DNA from: Paramecium tetraurelia
Taxonomy: Eukaryota
DNA length: 64,000 nt
Assembly (NCBI GenBank): GCA_000165425.1
Contig: CT868485.1
Span: 248,001 to 312,000, forward strand
Reading direction: 5' to 3'
Numbering within the stretch: position 1 is the first letter of the stretch; each line of letters begins with the position of its first letter. Both the position numbers and the translations under genes were made by a program. Below are positions 43,301-56,408 of this stretch, piece after piece. Under the pieces are notes generated by a model. The model worked only from the letters and a program-made list of their open reading frames with translations, was not told where the DNA came from and searched no databases.

Positions 43301-43804
43301 AAATTTATCTGCTCAGTATATACTTTAACGGTAGTATGATAAGGTTTTTAAACAACTCAAAAGAGGATTCCAGGGATAATTTGATGCCAAGTTATTGATC
43401 TAGAACTTTGCTCTCTTCGAAATTAATCAATTGATTGACATCATAGATTACTAAATCAACAAAGAAAAGTTGTTGAAGTGCATACATTTCTCCAGGAAAA
43501 ACCAAATAAATGAAAACTACTTTACTTAATATATAAGCGAGGCAGATTAAGAGAAATTAGAGCATCTCTTGACATTTGCTACAGGTATTACAATTAATTT
43601 ATATTAATAGGCAGTAAGTATAGCAATTTTGAGAACTTTAAGATAGAAATACAGACTAATTTAGAATTCCAAAAAAATAGACTTCCAGTATCTAGGACAT
43701 GCAGTAATGTTGTAATAATTCCATAATATCCTACTTATGATGACTTCAAAGCAAAAATGGATATGGCATTAGATTGGGGACTAGAATTCTTTGGTCAAGG
43801 TTGA
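34397..43804 (+). CDS. Large HECT E3 ubiquitin ligase (~3,100 aa)
   Basis: HECT motifs EVANDQGGPCREFF, IGMLLAYAI, LLTFATG, RLPVSRTCSNVVIIPQYPTYDDFKAKMDMALDWGLEFFGQG-TGA; only about three short introns recognised. Confidence 0.92.
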
Positions 43805-44060
43805 ATTTTAAATAATTATAAAATTATAAATTATTTTCATATCAGAAATCAAATTATTATAATGGAATAAATCATCTCATTGTATTAAAGATAATATAAA
43901 TGAATGGTAAATGCATGTAGACATGATTCTTAAAGAGATGCATAATAAATAATTGAACATAGTAGTAAATATAAGTTTGAATAATTTTAAATTTTATAAA
44001 TACAAAAACTTAAATGAAGCCTAAATAGAATTAAAATTTATATTAATAATAGTGATTTCA

Positions 44061-46232
<2,172 letters not shown>

Positions 46233-46679
46233 CTATTCGTTAGATTAAATTTAATTAATAAACACTAAAAGATCAGAATAAATTTATTCATCTAATTAAA
46301 CATCAAAAATTGATTCTCCTCTTCATCCACCCATCCATTTTTATAACTCTCCTTCCCCCGATTCTCACTGAGGTACAATTATTATAAATAATATCAATTG
46401 GTTTTTCTCTTTTAATTAACTTTCATTCTCTCAATAAGATATTAGTGTAATTTATTTGCCAATGAAATCCCTCGAAACATTAGATTCAAGACCAATTGGT
46501 TTATTAGACAAAACCATATAAAAACTATTAAGTCATATCTTTAATACTAAGTTCATCCTCAAAAATGAGAATCAGCTTTGACTATAGTGTAGCTACACTG
46601 TTACCAGAGTTATTTGAACTTGTATTTATTTGTTAGAGAAACAATAAAAATTAATATATTATTATTTATTATAATAAAA

Positions 46680-47072
46680 ATGAGTCAAATGGAACCCTAT
46701 CGCGAAGAATTTCTAGAGGAATTGGATAAAATCAGACAGCAATACAGTTTTGGACAATCTCAATAGATGTCTTAGAGTCAATAGAAGAAGGTGAACTTGT
46801 AATTCAAGGTTACTGATACCAATGACATCTGGAACAATAGTAAATATTCTGATGTATTTTATGACTAATGATTTTAGAATAAATGGAGAGGGAACCTAAC
46901 TACCACTTTCTACAATAAGGAACACAATGCCAGTCATTATGAAGTTAACTCACTTTTGAATCCGGAAGTTACGAGAAAGAATTTCAATATGAGAGCCACT
47001 CAGATCTCAGAATATTCAAATGCAAAACATAACAATACAGTTTTTGTGAATCCCAAGTTCACAAGTTGCTGA
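46680..47072 (+). CDS. Small hypothetical protein
   Basis: MSQMEPYREEFLEELDK...; intron after NDIWNN; ends VFVNPKFTSC-TGA. Confidence 0.7.
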
Positions 47073-47766
47073 TTTTAATATATATATCACATTATGAAAC
47101 AAGACTCAACCTTTATAGACAATTTCAACAGGATCACTTAGACTACATAAATTGTAACATTCACCTCAGCCTAAGATGTATTCATTTTATGGATCAGAAA
47201 TTCAAGCAATTATTCTCTTACAAAATATAATTTAATTTGATTTCTTCTTTAAACTTTTTTTCTTTCATGACGACAACAAGGAAGATGAATTTCACTCCTG
47301 CTTAGTTCAAGTTATTTTGGAAGAAACATTATTGGATATTCAATATCTACAGTTCATGAATGATCTATGACTTAAATTTTGTATAATTTAAGTTATATTT
47401 GAAAATCAAAATAATATTATTTATATTTCTTTCTTCTTTGTGTTCTGAAGTCTTTGATTATGTGTAAGTATTTTCGACATTTAAACTAATGAAGATTAAG
47501 AACTTTTTAATTATTATTAGAAATTATTATGTTATTTATATAAGATTAATTTTAATATGTTGGCTATAGCTTAAAATGCTCTCTAAATTATTGATATACA
47601 AGAGATTACTAAAAACATTTGATATCAAAATAATTAGTTGAAAAGATTTTAAAGAAATTTAATAATATATTAAAAGATTTTGATCATTCAACAATATTTA
47701 GAATATAAAAAGTAAAGAAATTAACTAAACTATATCATAAATTTTATTTTCTTTTCCCAATATTAA

Positions 47767-49200
47767 ATGCAACTAGTTTATCATATATTTAGCTTAATTT
47801 CTCCTTATGAATCTAATTTGATGAATAGAAGTTTTTATTAAAATATTTCTCCAAATATTGAAAGAGAAGAGAATCTTAGGGATTGTAAATAATTTGTTTA
47901 TCTTTCTTAACCAACTTCTTTAATATATTTTGCAATTCTTTATCAAATATACTCTCCTTTGATTCTATAGCTTCCGTTGCAAGAATTCTGATGTAAGTAT
48001 GATTTGTACATCTGGATCATGATTTAATTAGCAAATCGGTATTCTTAGAAAGATCTACCTGCTAGAATGTATTATGAAATTGGTGAATTGTTTTTTAGCA
48101 ACATATTCTAGTCTAAAGTGAGCCTTCTGATATTATAATGAGTTGTTATTGTTGATTGCAATGATTTGTAGGTGCGGACAATAGAATAAAGATCAAATTG
48201 ATTATGAAGAGGAGATTGAATAAAATTCATTTATAAAATGAATTAATTGTATAAGCTTACACCTCAAGAGTTGGCAATTAGAAAGGATATTGTTGTGCTG
48301 AGTGATAAAGGATTGCGATTCAGGGAAGAGATTAAATCATAAGGTCAATTTGATTTAGATGATTTCCACTTGCCTCAAAGTAATTCTGCCATTTTACGGG
48401 TCTAGTCAATTCACCAAAAGATAAGCCATATACAAGAAGGTCTGTGCTCCAAGGAGAAAAACCAGTTGAACTGCTGGTTGCTGATTTGAAGAAAGAATTA
48501 AATGTCAGTAGACCATATATGGAGAAGGCTTTTGGAGAAAATGACGGCCAAGATAACTTAAGAAAAGCCATCTGCAGCTATAAACAATAAATTGCAAAAA
48601 CTATATTAAGAACTTGATAGACATACCCGATTGTTGGAGAGGAAGAAAGTGAAGTTTCAAAAGAAGCCAATTGAATAATAGATGTAAGATCAAACTTCAA
48701 TTTTGGAAGAATCAGAATTTCAAGACAAAGTGGCATCTCTTAATGCTTTAGAAGCAAGGTTATGGAGAATGCAATAAAACTATTAAAATGAAATAAAAAT
48801 CCGAGAGGACACATTAAAAGTAGATATAACTATCTTACTTGTAGAAAGTTAAGCAAAACTTAAATGTGATGAGGATTTAAAAGGAGGCTGAAATTGAATA
48901 GGTTCCAGTCCCTGTTTAAGTGGAGCAGCTTTAATAATCTTAATATCTTGATAGGAGATCAAATAGGCTTAAAGATTATTAAAAATATAAATTTGAAGTA
49001 ACCAAAGTTAGTATTTATAGAATTAACCTGGAATAGACAACCTCCACCCTCGGTATACTTTCGAAGTAAGCTTTGATTGAGGAAGAAAGGAAAAGATAAC
49101 TACAATAAATAAAAGAATAATAAGAATATGAGTAAGAATTGTTACGAAGAAATGGACATACAAACAATCACGTAATGTCTAATCATACTGAGCATGAATA
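47767..49200 (+). pseudogene. Disrupted coding-like region
   Basis: Raised GC and codon-like segments (LERKKVKFQKKPIEQQ...LNALEARLWRMQ) interrupted by TGA codons and frame changes not explained by GT-AG introns. Confidence 0.4.
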
Positions 49201-49498
49201 ATGAATTAAAAATCTATTTTATGAATAAAAAAAAATCATTTATTCTCTATTAATTATTTTTTAACCGAAGAACAAATAATTTTATCTTTTTTCATTTATT
49301 TTCTAATAGATTCAACCTTTGCATATTTTTGACAATTGTCTATTATCCGTTTATGGATAGATTCGTTTCCCCCTAGTTGTGCTTATCCTTTTTATATTTT
49401 AATCAATTTTTCAAGAAATACTTCGTAATTAGATACTTAAATCTAGGTTCCTTGAACAAAATTAGAATTGAAATAATTAATAAAATTTAAAATAATAC

Positions 49499-52400
49499 TC
49501 ATTTTCTAGGTGGAGGTCTTTTTTGTTATTGAGTGGGTTTGACAGAAGTTGGTTTTTGTTATGGTTTAGGTTATGGCTTGGATTGAGGTTTAGATTTGTT
49601 TTTATGTCTTGGTTTATCTATAGAATGCAAACAATAAATTACCAGAATCGGATTCATCATCATCATCATCATCTTATTCACTGATATTATTGAGATCTAA
49701 AACATCAGACAAATCATCATCATCACTTCCACCATCATCATCATCTTCATCATCACCATCATCATCATCTTCAGTGAAATCAGAGTCATCATCTCCATCC
49801 TCTTCCTATTGGATTAATATTATGATGTACTGATTATTCAGGTGAGAATTCACTGTCTCCAGCTTCTGGATCATCTTCATCTCCTTCCTCTTCCTCACTC
49901 TCAGCCAAAATGTTAGTCCAACCTCCATCTTACACGAATCCTGGGATGTCTTTTTAGATTTGAGCAAGTACGTTTTTCCAAACTAGATTCTACGCTACTT
50001 CAAAAAATAACAAATTCATCTATGATAACATATTTAATAATACCCTATCCAACCAATTTTTAACTCCTTCCAAATCTTTGATGTCAATACTCTCAATTCT
50101 CAACACTTATCTGTCGTAGTTCTTGAACACAAATACTAGATCAAAGGATTTAATGCCTGGGATTATACGTTCAAAACAACAGATTTCAACTTCAGATAAT
50201 GTCAAGATAAAGAATGGACTCTCAACGACATTCATTAGAGTGTTGTGAGTAGGCTACAAAAACAATCTTGCTCTATTCCAATTTCCTTCAAATCCCAGAT
50301 CTCTAAATGGCTTTTCAAATTATATCTTATAATCTGCTCCCATTTCCTCAATTGTTTTAATGAACACTTCGAATTCTCTTGCCATCTTCTTTCTATGCAC
50401 TCGCAATCTCTCCTCTTCTTCTATTTCGTCATCATCGTTTTTATTGTTTTTCCTTCTTCCTTCCAAATGTTCTACTGCTCCTCCTACCTCACAATAGAAT
50501 TACACATCATGTGTCTTTCTCTTACCTAGAACTATAGGAGAATGAAGATGGAAATGTAGGGCAGCAATAATGTCTTGTTCTGGACTTTAATAAATGTAAT
50601 GCTTAATATTCTTAAATACAATATCCAATTATTCTTTATTTGAATGAACATATCTAAACCCATTGGAATTCACCTCCAAAATACCTGCAGCTTTACCAGA
50701 ACCAAAGGTAGGTCTCACTTTCAAATCCTTGAAAATGGGTTTTCTACCAGACTTGCTAACAATCAAAGGTTCTAACTCACCAACATGCTATTTCTCTCTT
50801 TCCACTTACTATTCCGCCTTCACCTTTTTCTATAATTATTTTATCTACAATATCAAATTCTAAGGACGATCACTCTTCTTCGATCTGTACTACAACTCCT
50901 TAATGAAGATTGTCTCTCCATCAATCTGAGGGAATTGAATCTACCCGGCAGTTGTCTCTGAAGTAAAGAAATTGATTCTTATAGACGACCCCATCTTGCC
51001 TTCATCAATCTTACTCACATTTTTTATGCAAGACACATGAAATGGCACATGAGTACCCAACAAAGGTACCAAGACTGCGCATTTCTAATTATCAATATAA
51101 ATCTATCCCTTTTACAAGTCCTTCGGATACTGCTCTGATTTCTAGTAACACTATAACTTATCCAACTCCAAGGCTTTAGTCTCCTGAGAATTCTAAACAA
51201 ATTAATCCTGCTCTAACCTCTACTCTAACTCATTCTATTTGTCCTTCGCCAACTTCTCCTAATGAATCTGTCTCTATTTCTCATTCTCTCTTTGTATTTG
51301 AATCTATTAATTACGTGGTGCTCTCGTTCGCCCCTCCTTTGGAGCATCCGTCTACTTAGGCTATTGCTTCTGAGCAGGCTATTCATCCTCCTCCTGCAAC
51401 TGATATGATATTTATTTATAAGCCTTTGGGATTGAATTGGTAGTCACATTGGCTGCACCATTTGTTACAACAATGACATCACCAACAGAAATTGTGTAAC
51501 TTATACCCTTCTATCCATTTGACAGATTCTCCAATGTTACTTATACAAAGTAAACTTCATTCTTGGCCACAAGATGAGTTGACTTTTCAGAAATTGCAAG
51601 AAAAGGTTCTTTTAACTCAAGTCCTATGCCATATCCAAAAGAAGATGGCAACTAAACATTAGTAATGTTTATTTCCTGGATCTTCTGCTAGAGGATAGGC
51701 ACAGCTTCCTTATACACTTAATTTAAAGGAGTGCCCACTGTCAATAACCCAATTATTTTGCTCTACACTTCTATAATTGTGTTATACAATTTCTTTTGCA
51801 CTTCTGTTGGATTAATAAATAATGTTCGTATGCAATTTGTGTTATATTCATTAACTTAAGTACCAAGAGATATAATAATTACATCTGATGATAGATAGTC
51901 TTTGTTTGGACCATCAACTTGCTGATAATTGCCACCACTCTGAATTATTGGAGTGTAGGCAAAATCATACAAGCCATCTTACAATCCGATGTCTTTTATG
52001 ACTTTTTGTTTATCATTGTCCAAAGATTGCTCCACTTTCTTTGCTAAATCCTAATGAGTTATGCGAGTTCCAACATCAATTGAATCCTCTATCTATTTGA
52101 TGAGCTTCTTGAAAAGACGAGTAGTCAATTGCGACGATTGATTGATGAAGGCTTACTCTTAGTCATCCTTTACTGCGAGGACATCACTAATCAATTAACT
52201 CGCATCCACGATTTGAGACCATCCTTTATAGTCGTACCATTCCGTGGCCAAACTACCTGCTTGTTGCTCTGTTGTAGGCATTCCCAGCTTGCCATTCCCC
52301 AATTTCTAACGAATTTTTTCGAAGCTGTCACGATTGTCAGCAACTTTCTTATAGAAGTGGACTTCATATCTCCCGCCCAATCGTTGCTTAGTCTCCTCCA

Positions 52401-52690
52401 TCATCTACACTATTCAAAAGTCAGGACAACACATTTACACTTCTTGTCGCTCGCCAAATAGAAAATTTGTTTCCTTGTCGCAATGAACACAGTCTCAATC
52501 ATATCGTATCCAAATAACCACACAAATAAAGCCTTAGTTTTTGGTTTGATCGAGCCATCCTCCTTCCCTGAAAGAATGCAAAGGGCTGGGAGGTCCTATC
52601 TTCTAATTTAACAAAACATACATCATTCAGACGACTGGTCAATTAATCTAAATGCCTTTGGAATACATCTGCTATTATCTTTTTATCCAT
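49499..52690 (-). CDS. SPT16: FACT complex subunit Spt16
   Basis: KALFVWLFGYDMIET, YTPIIQSGGNY, YGIGLELKE, LVPLLGTHVPFHVSCIKN, GILEVNSNGF, FERIIPGIKSFDLVF, FVQDGGW, acidic D/E tail. Confidence 0.96.
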
Positions 52691-52881
52691 TATTAAATTA
52701 ATATATGTTAATAATTTTCTATTGATGCTTTTGATATGACTGCACCCAACCACACATTTAAATTAATCAATTCACCAATCCCCTCCCTCTCACCAAACTC
52801 CTTCCAACTCAAAACCAAAAAGCACAAAAAAAATATAAAAAAAAACCGCGAAAATTTAATCAGTTATTCTATAGCCAAGAT

Positions 52882-52969
52882 GCACCCCCTTGGAGGATAT
52901 CATTCCATATAAAGTTTCGTTCTGCTAACATTCTCAATCTATGTCGGTATCAATCAGATCCTGAGGTGC
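52882..52969. ncRNA. Candidate structured small RNA (possible box C/D-type) in a divergent intergenic region
   Basis: GCACC (52882-52886) pairs with GGTGC (52965-52969) next to CTGA (52961-52964); inner AGGAT/ATCCT pair; GC-richer than its flanks; no canonical box C. Confidence 0.3.
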
Positions 52970-53017
52970 TATTTGATTTATAATAAATCTGATGTTGTTA
53001 TTATAAAATTAATTAAT

Positions 53018-53995
53018 ATGAAGGTCAAGATAGTTTATAATAACGAAATCCATCTCTTCAAACAATCAAACCCAACACTCCAAGGAATCAGATAACACAT
53101 CCAAAAGATATATCCCAACATCGATTCCAACTTCACACTTGCCTATAACGATTCAGAAAATGACCAAATCACTCTGAGTTGCCAAGAAGATCTATAAGTC
53201 CTTATTGATGAAGGAACGCCAACTATCAAAGTCTTTGTGTTAACCTCCAAAAAACCATAAGAATTCCCTCAAGGCAAGATGGTTCATAAGAGACATACTT
53301 GCGATGGATGCTATACATACCCAATCGTTGGATCAAGATTCAAATGTCTCGAATGTCACAATTATGACTTATGTGAAGTCTGCCAAGCCAAAGGCCTACA
53401 CAACAATCATAAGTTCTTTAAGATAAGTACCCAAGAAGAATTAGAATAATTCAGAAAGGAACATTGGGGTAAATTCGGACATTGGGGTCATGGAGGATGT
53501 GGATTTCATAGAGGCGGACCTCATGGACCTCATGGACAACATGGACCACATGGTCATCATGGACCATTTGGACATGAAACATTTAAACAAATTAGAGAAT
53601 TCTTTTAGGATCCTGCTTTCAAAGAAATTAAGCAAACAGTATGTACCATTGCAAAGGATACCTTTAGTGTAATAAAGACAGAATTGGAGAAACACAAGAA
53701 CTCAAAATAAGAAGAATAAAAATAATATGAGTGTAATACAAATGATGTCCAAGAAACATAATAAGAAATATAATAGGAACCATAATAGGAAATTTAATAA
53801 GAAATATAATAGGAAATTTAATAAGAAACTATTTCTTAATAAAATGATTGCAAGATTCAAGAGGAATTTGAAGAGAAGGTTAAAGGATTGATTTAAGTGT
53901 TGTAATGTGATGAGAAAGTAGCCAGAGAATATGTTGAATGCTTTAAGGGATTCCCACTAGATGAAATTGTTGATATGTTATTAGAGAAATAATGA
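53018..53995 (+). CDS. PB1-ZZ zinc finger protein (p62/NBR1-like architecture)
   Basis: MKVKIVYNNEIHLF...YNDSENDQITL (PB1); HKRHTCDGC...IVGSRFKCLECHNYDLCEVC...HNNHKF (ZZ); His/Gly/Pro tract; QEIQ repeats; helical UBA-like end. Confidence 0.9.
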
Positions 53996-54015
53996 TTATG
54001 ATGATTAATTATTAA

Positions 54016-54831
54016 ATGAGTTATTCTAATTCAAATAACAGTGCTTGCTTTTTTTAATCTCCCTTCTATATTTGGGAAAAGCATTGGCAGAGGATCGATG
54101 ATGAGTTCTAACTAAATGAAAACATACGAATTCTTGAGGATACTAATCTCTAAATATAAATTAGAGAAGCCAAAACTGACGATCCCATAAGACTAAATCT
54201 GCATGAGTAATCAATATATGACTAATTAACAACTAGTTCCTAGCATCATTTGAATGAGGACGAATGGAAGCCAGAATATTAGAGTTCTTAAAAGTAACTT
54301 AGATTCAGTGATCGATCACAAAATCATATTGAGGAAGAAAATAAACCAAAATAAGCAAGGGGGATAAAAGACAAGGAGTAAAGACAAAGAACCAAAAGGA
54401 GAGTAGATTATGGAGTATGAGAATAATACTAATTAAAGGTTGGTGATTCGTTTTCGAATGATTCTGACTTGAAACCATGTCATTGTTCCAAAACTAAGTG
54501 TCTTTAGCTTTATTGTTCGTGTTTTCATAAGAATAAAGCATGTTCTTCGAAATGTCAATGCAAAGGTTGTTTTAATGATGGGAACCACAAGGTGGAAATG
54601 GTGAAGGCATTATAGAAAGTCAAATTGAAGGAATATAGGGTATCGCAATCTGATTTGGATTCATTCGACACAAGACAAGTTTTGGGTTGTAAATGTAAAA
54701 AGACCCATTGCAAGAAGGGATATTGTGAATGTTTCATTAGAGGAAGGAAATGCACTTCACAATGCAAATGTTGTGAATGCAATAATTAGAGACAAAAGAG
54801 CCAAGTAAAGAAGAGGATCAAAAAAAATTGA
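54016..54831 (+). CDS. Tesmin/TSO1/LIN54-like CXC (CRC) domain protein
   Basis: KPCHCSKTKCLQLYCSCF...CQCKGCFN and GCKCKKTHCKKGYCECFIRGRKCTSQCKCCECNN. Confidence 0.93.
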
Positions 54832-54858
54832 TAAATAGAAAATATAATATATTTACTA

Positions 54859-56396
54859 ATGATGAAAGATTAAGATGTGTTAGAATTTCATGATTACAAA
54901 TAGTCGGTTCTACTTAAGATGTTACGAATCTACTAAGAAATTTATAGTGATTGTGATGGAGATAGGATTGTTGTGGAAGCCTACAATACCAAAATCAGTA
55001 AGCAGGATCTGGACAAGTTCATAGTGGATCCCAATTTTGAGTTGAGCATTGAACTTGTTATTCTCTATCTAAATTACATAATTAAATATAATTAGATTAC
55101 TCAGAAGATAGCTCCTTACTTTTTGATTATAACGAGTGAGGATTACAATGTAAATTATAATTCAAATAATTCAAGCCATCCTTTGGGAATGTCATATTGT
55201 ATGATGGTTAATTGATCACTCAAGTGCCTCTGGCTAAATTCAAGTACGATGGTAATAAATAAAATGCTCCAATTGTAATATTGATGAGATGTAAAAATAA
55301 ATGGAACATGATAATTTTGGAATTACAGCCATGGATTATTGATTTTAGAACAGACAAAAATACTAGTTTTAATGCTATATCTGCATTTGCTACTCAATTC
55401 ATTTTGGATACATTTGGGATTTAGATCAAGAATTTCAATGATTTTATGTTGGATTACGAATAGCAAGGAGACCAGGGTGATTTGATAGTGTATGCAATAT
55501 ACAAGGTGTTTGTGATGAATTTGGATCTAATGGGAGACACAATACTTACCAGGAATGATTACACAACAGCAAAACGTAAATTGTTGTGGTTGGCATTGTC
55601 TCATATGAGAGAGAGGAGGAAGGAGGATGATGATGCTGAATTTACGAGAAGATTAATGAAGAAATAGCGGGAAGAGATGTAAAAGCAAATGGAAGAGGAA
55701 GAGGAGAGAAAGAGGCAAATAAAAAACTAGTTATCTGAAAAAAGGATGTAAGTTTATGGATTCTTACACACAGTGGAATATCCTTAGGAAATAAAAAAGG
55801 TTGAGGATACTCCTGAGTAGATTTTGCTAAAGAAATAATTGGCTTAGTTTAATGTGACCAGACCAAGGGATAAGGTTGAGGCATACCTTACAAGAATGAG
55901 GGTCAAGGATCCATTCGAATTTTAATATCCTGAACCTCAAAAGTATGAGGCTCCTAAAAAGGATCCGAAGGGCAAAGTAAAGAATTTTGTTTATGAAGTT
56001 GAATGGCCAAAAGCAACTCCTGGGGTTCAACAAATGATAACTCCTGCCTCTTACTGCGTCACATAACTCTTTTCGGATAACACTTTGTAACCAGAACAAC
56101 CAAAATTATAGAAAGTTTACGATTATGAGATTTTGGAGTAATGGGAGAAACAAAGACAAAAACTATAATAGTAAACGTAGGTGTAAACAGTCCAAAGAAA
56201 TGGTAGTTATTTTGGATCAATCGGATCAAGAGTATTTGATAACACTGATTATACCAATGGAGTAGTAGTTCCAGTGGGAAGAAAGATTGTCAAGCAAGTA
56301 GATAGATGGGAAAGCAAGCCCAAGAGATTACACAAAATACAAATGGTAGATAGATGCATTGAATAATTAGAAGATGACTTATTTTTAAATTATTGA
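54859..56396 (+). CDS. Protein with degenerate Ulp1/SENP-like domain, coiled-coil and low-complexity tail
   Basis: KISKQDLDKF...ELSIELVILYLNYI; KNKWNMII...IIDF; EQQGDQGDLIVYA; LTRNDYTTAKRKLLWLAL; intron near 55199-55224. Confidence 0.7.
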
Positions 56397-56408
56397 AATA
56401 ATTATATA

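Noticed and set aside
49655..49800. (TCA)n microsatellite
   Set aside because: Encodes the acidic Asp-rich tail of Spt16.
50245..52461. Plus-strand ORFs inside SPT16
   Set aside because: Antisense to a conserved gene and without recognisable motifs.
52741..52830. Internal telomere repeats or telomerase RNA template
   Set aside because: No tandem C4A2/C3A3 units and no UGUCA-template motif.
52875..52910. tRNA-Sec-like D-arm on the minus strand
   Set aside because: No TCA anticodon arm, T-arm or acceptor stem.
53441..53695. Met/Asp-rich and Met/Ser-rich ORFs
   Set aside because: Alternative frames of the His-Gly-Pro tract.
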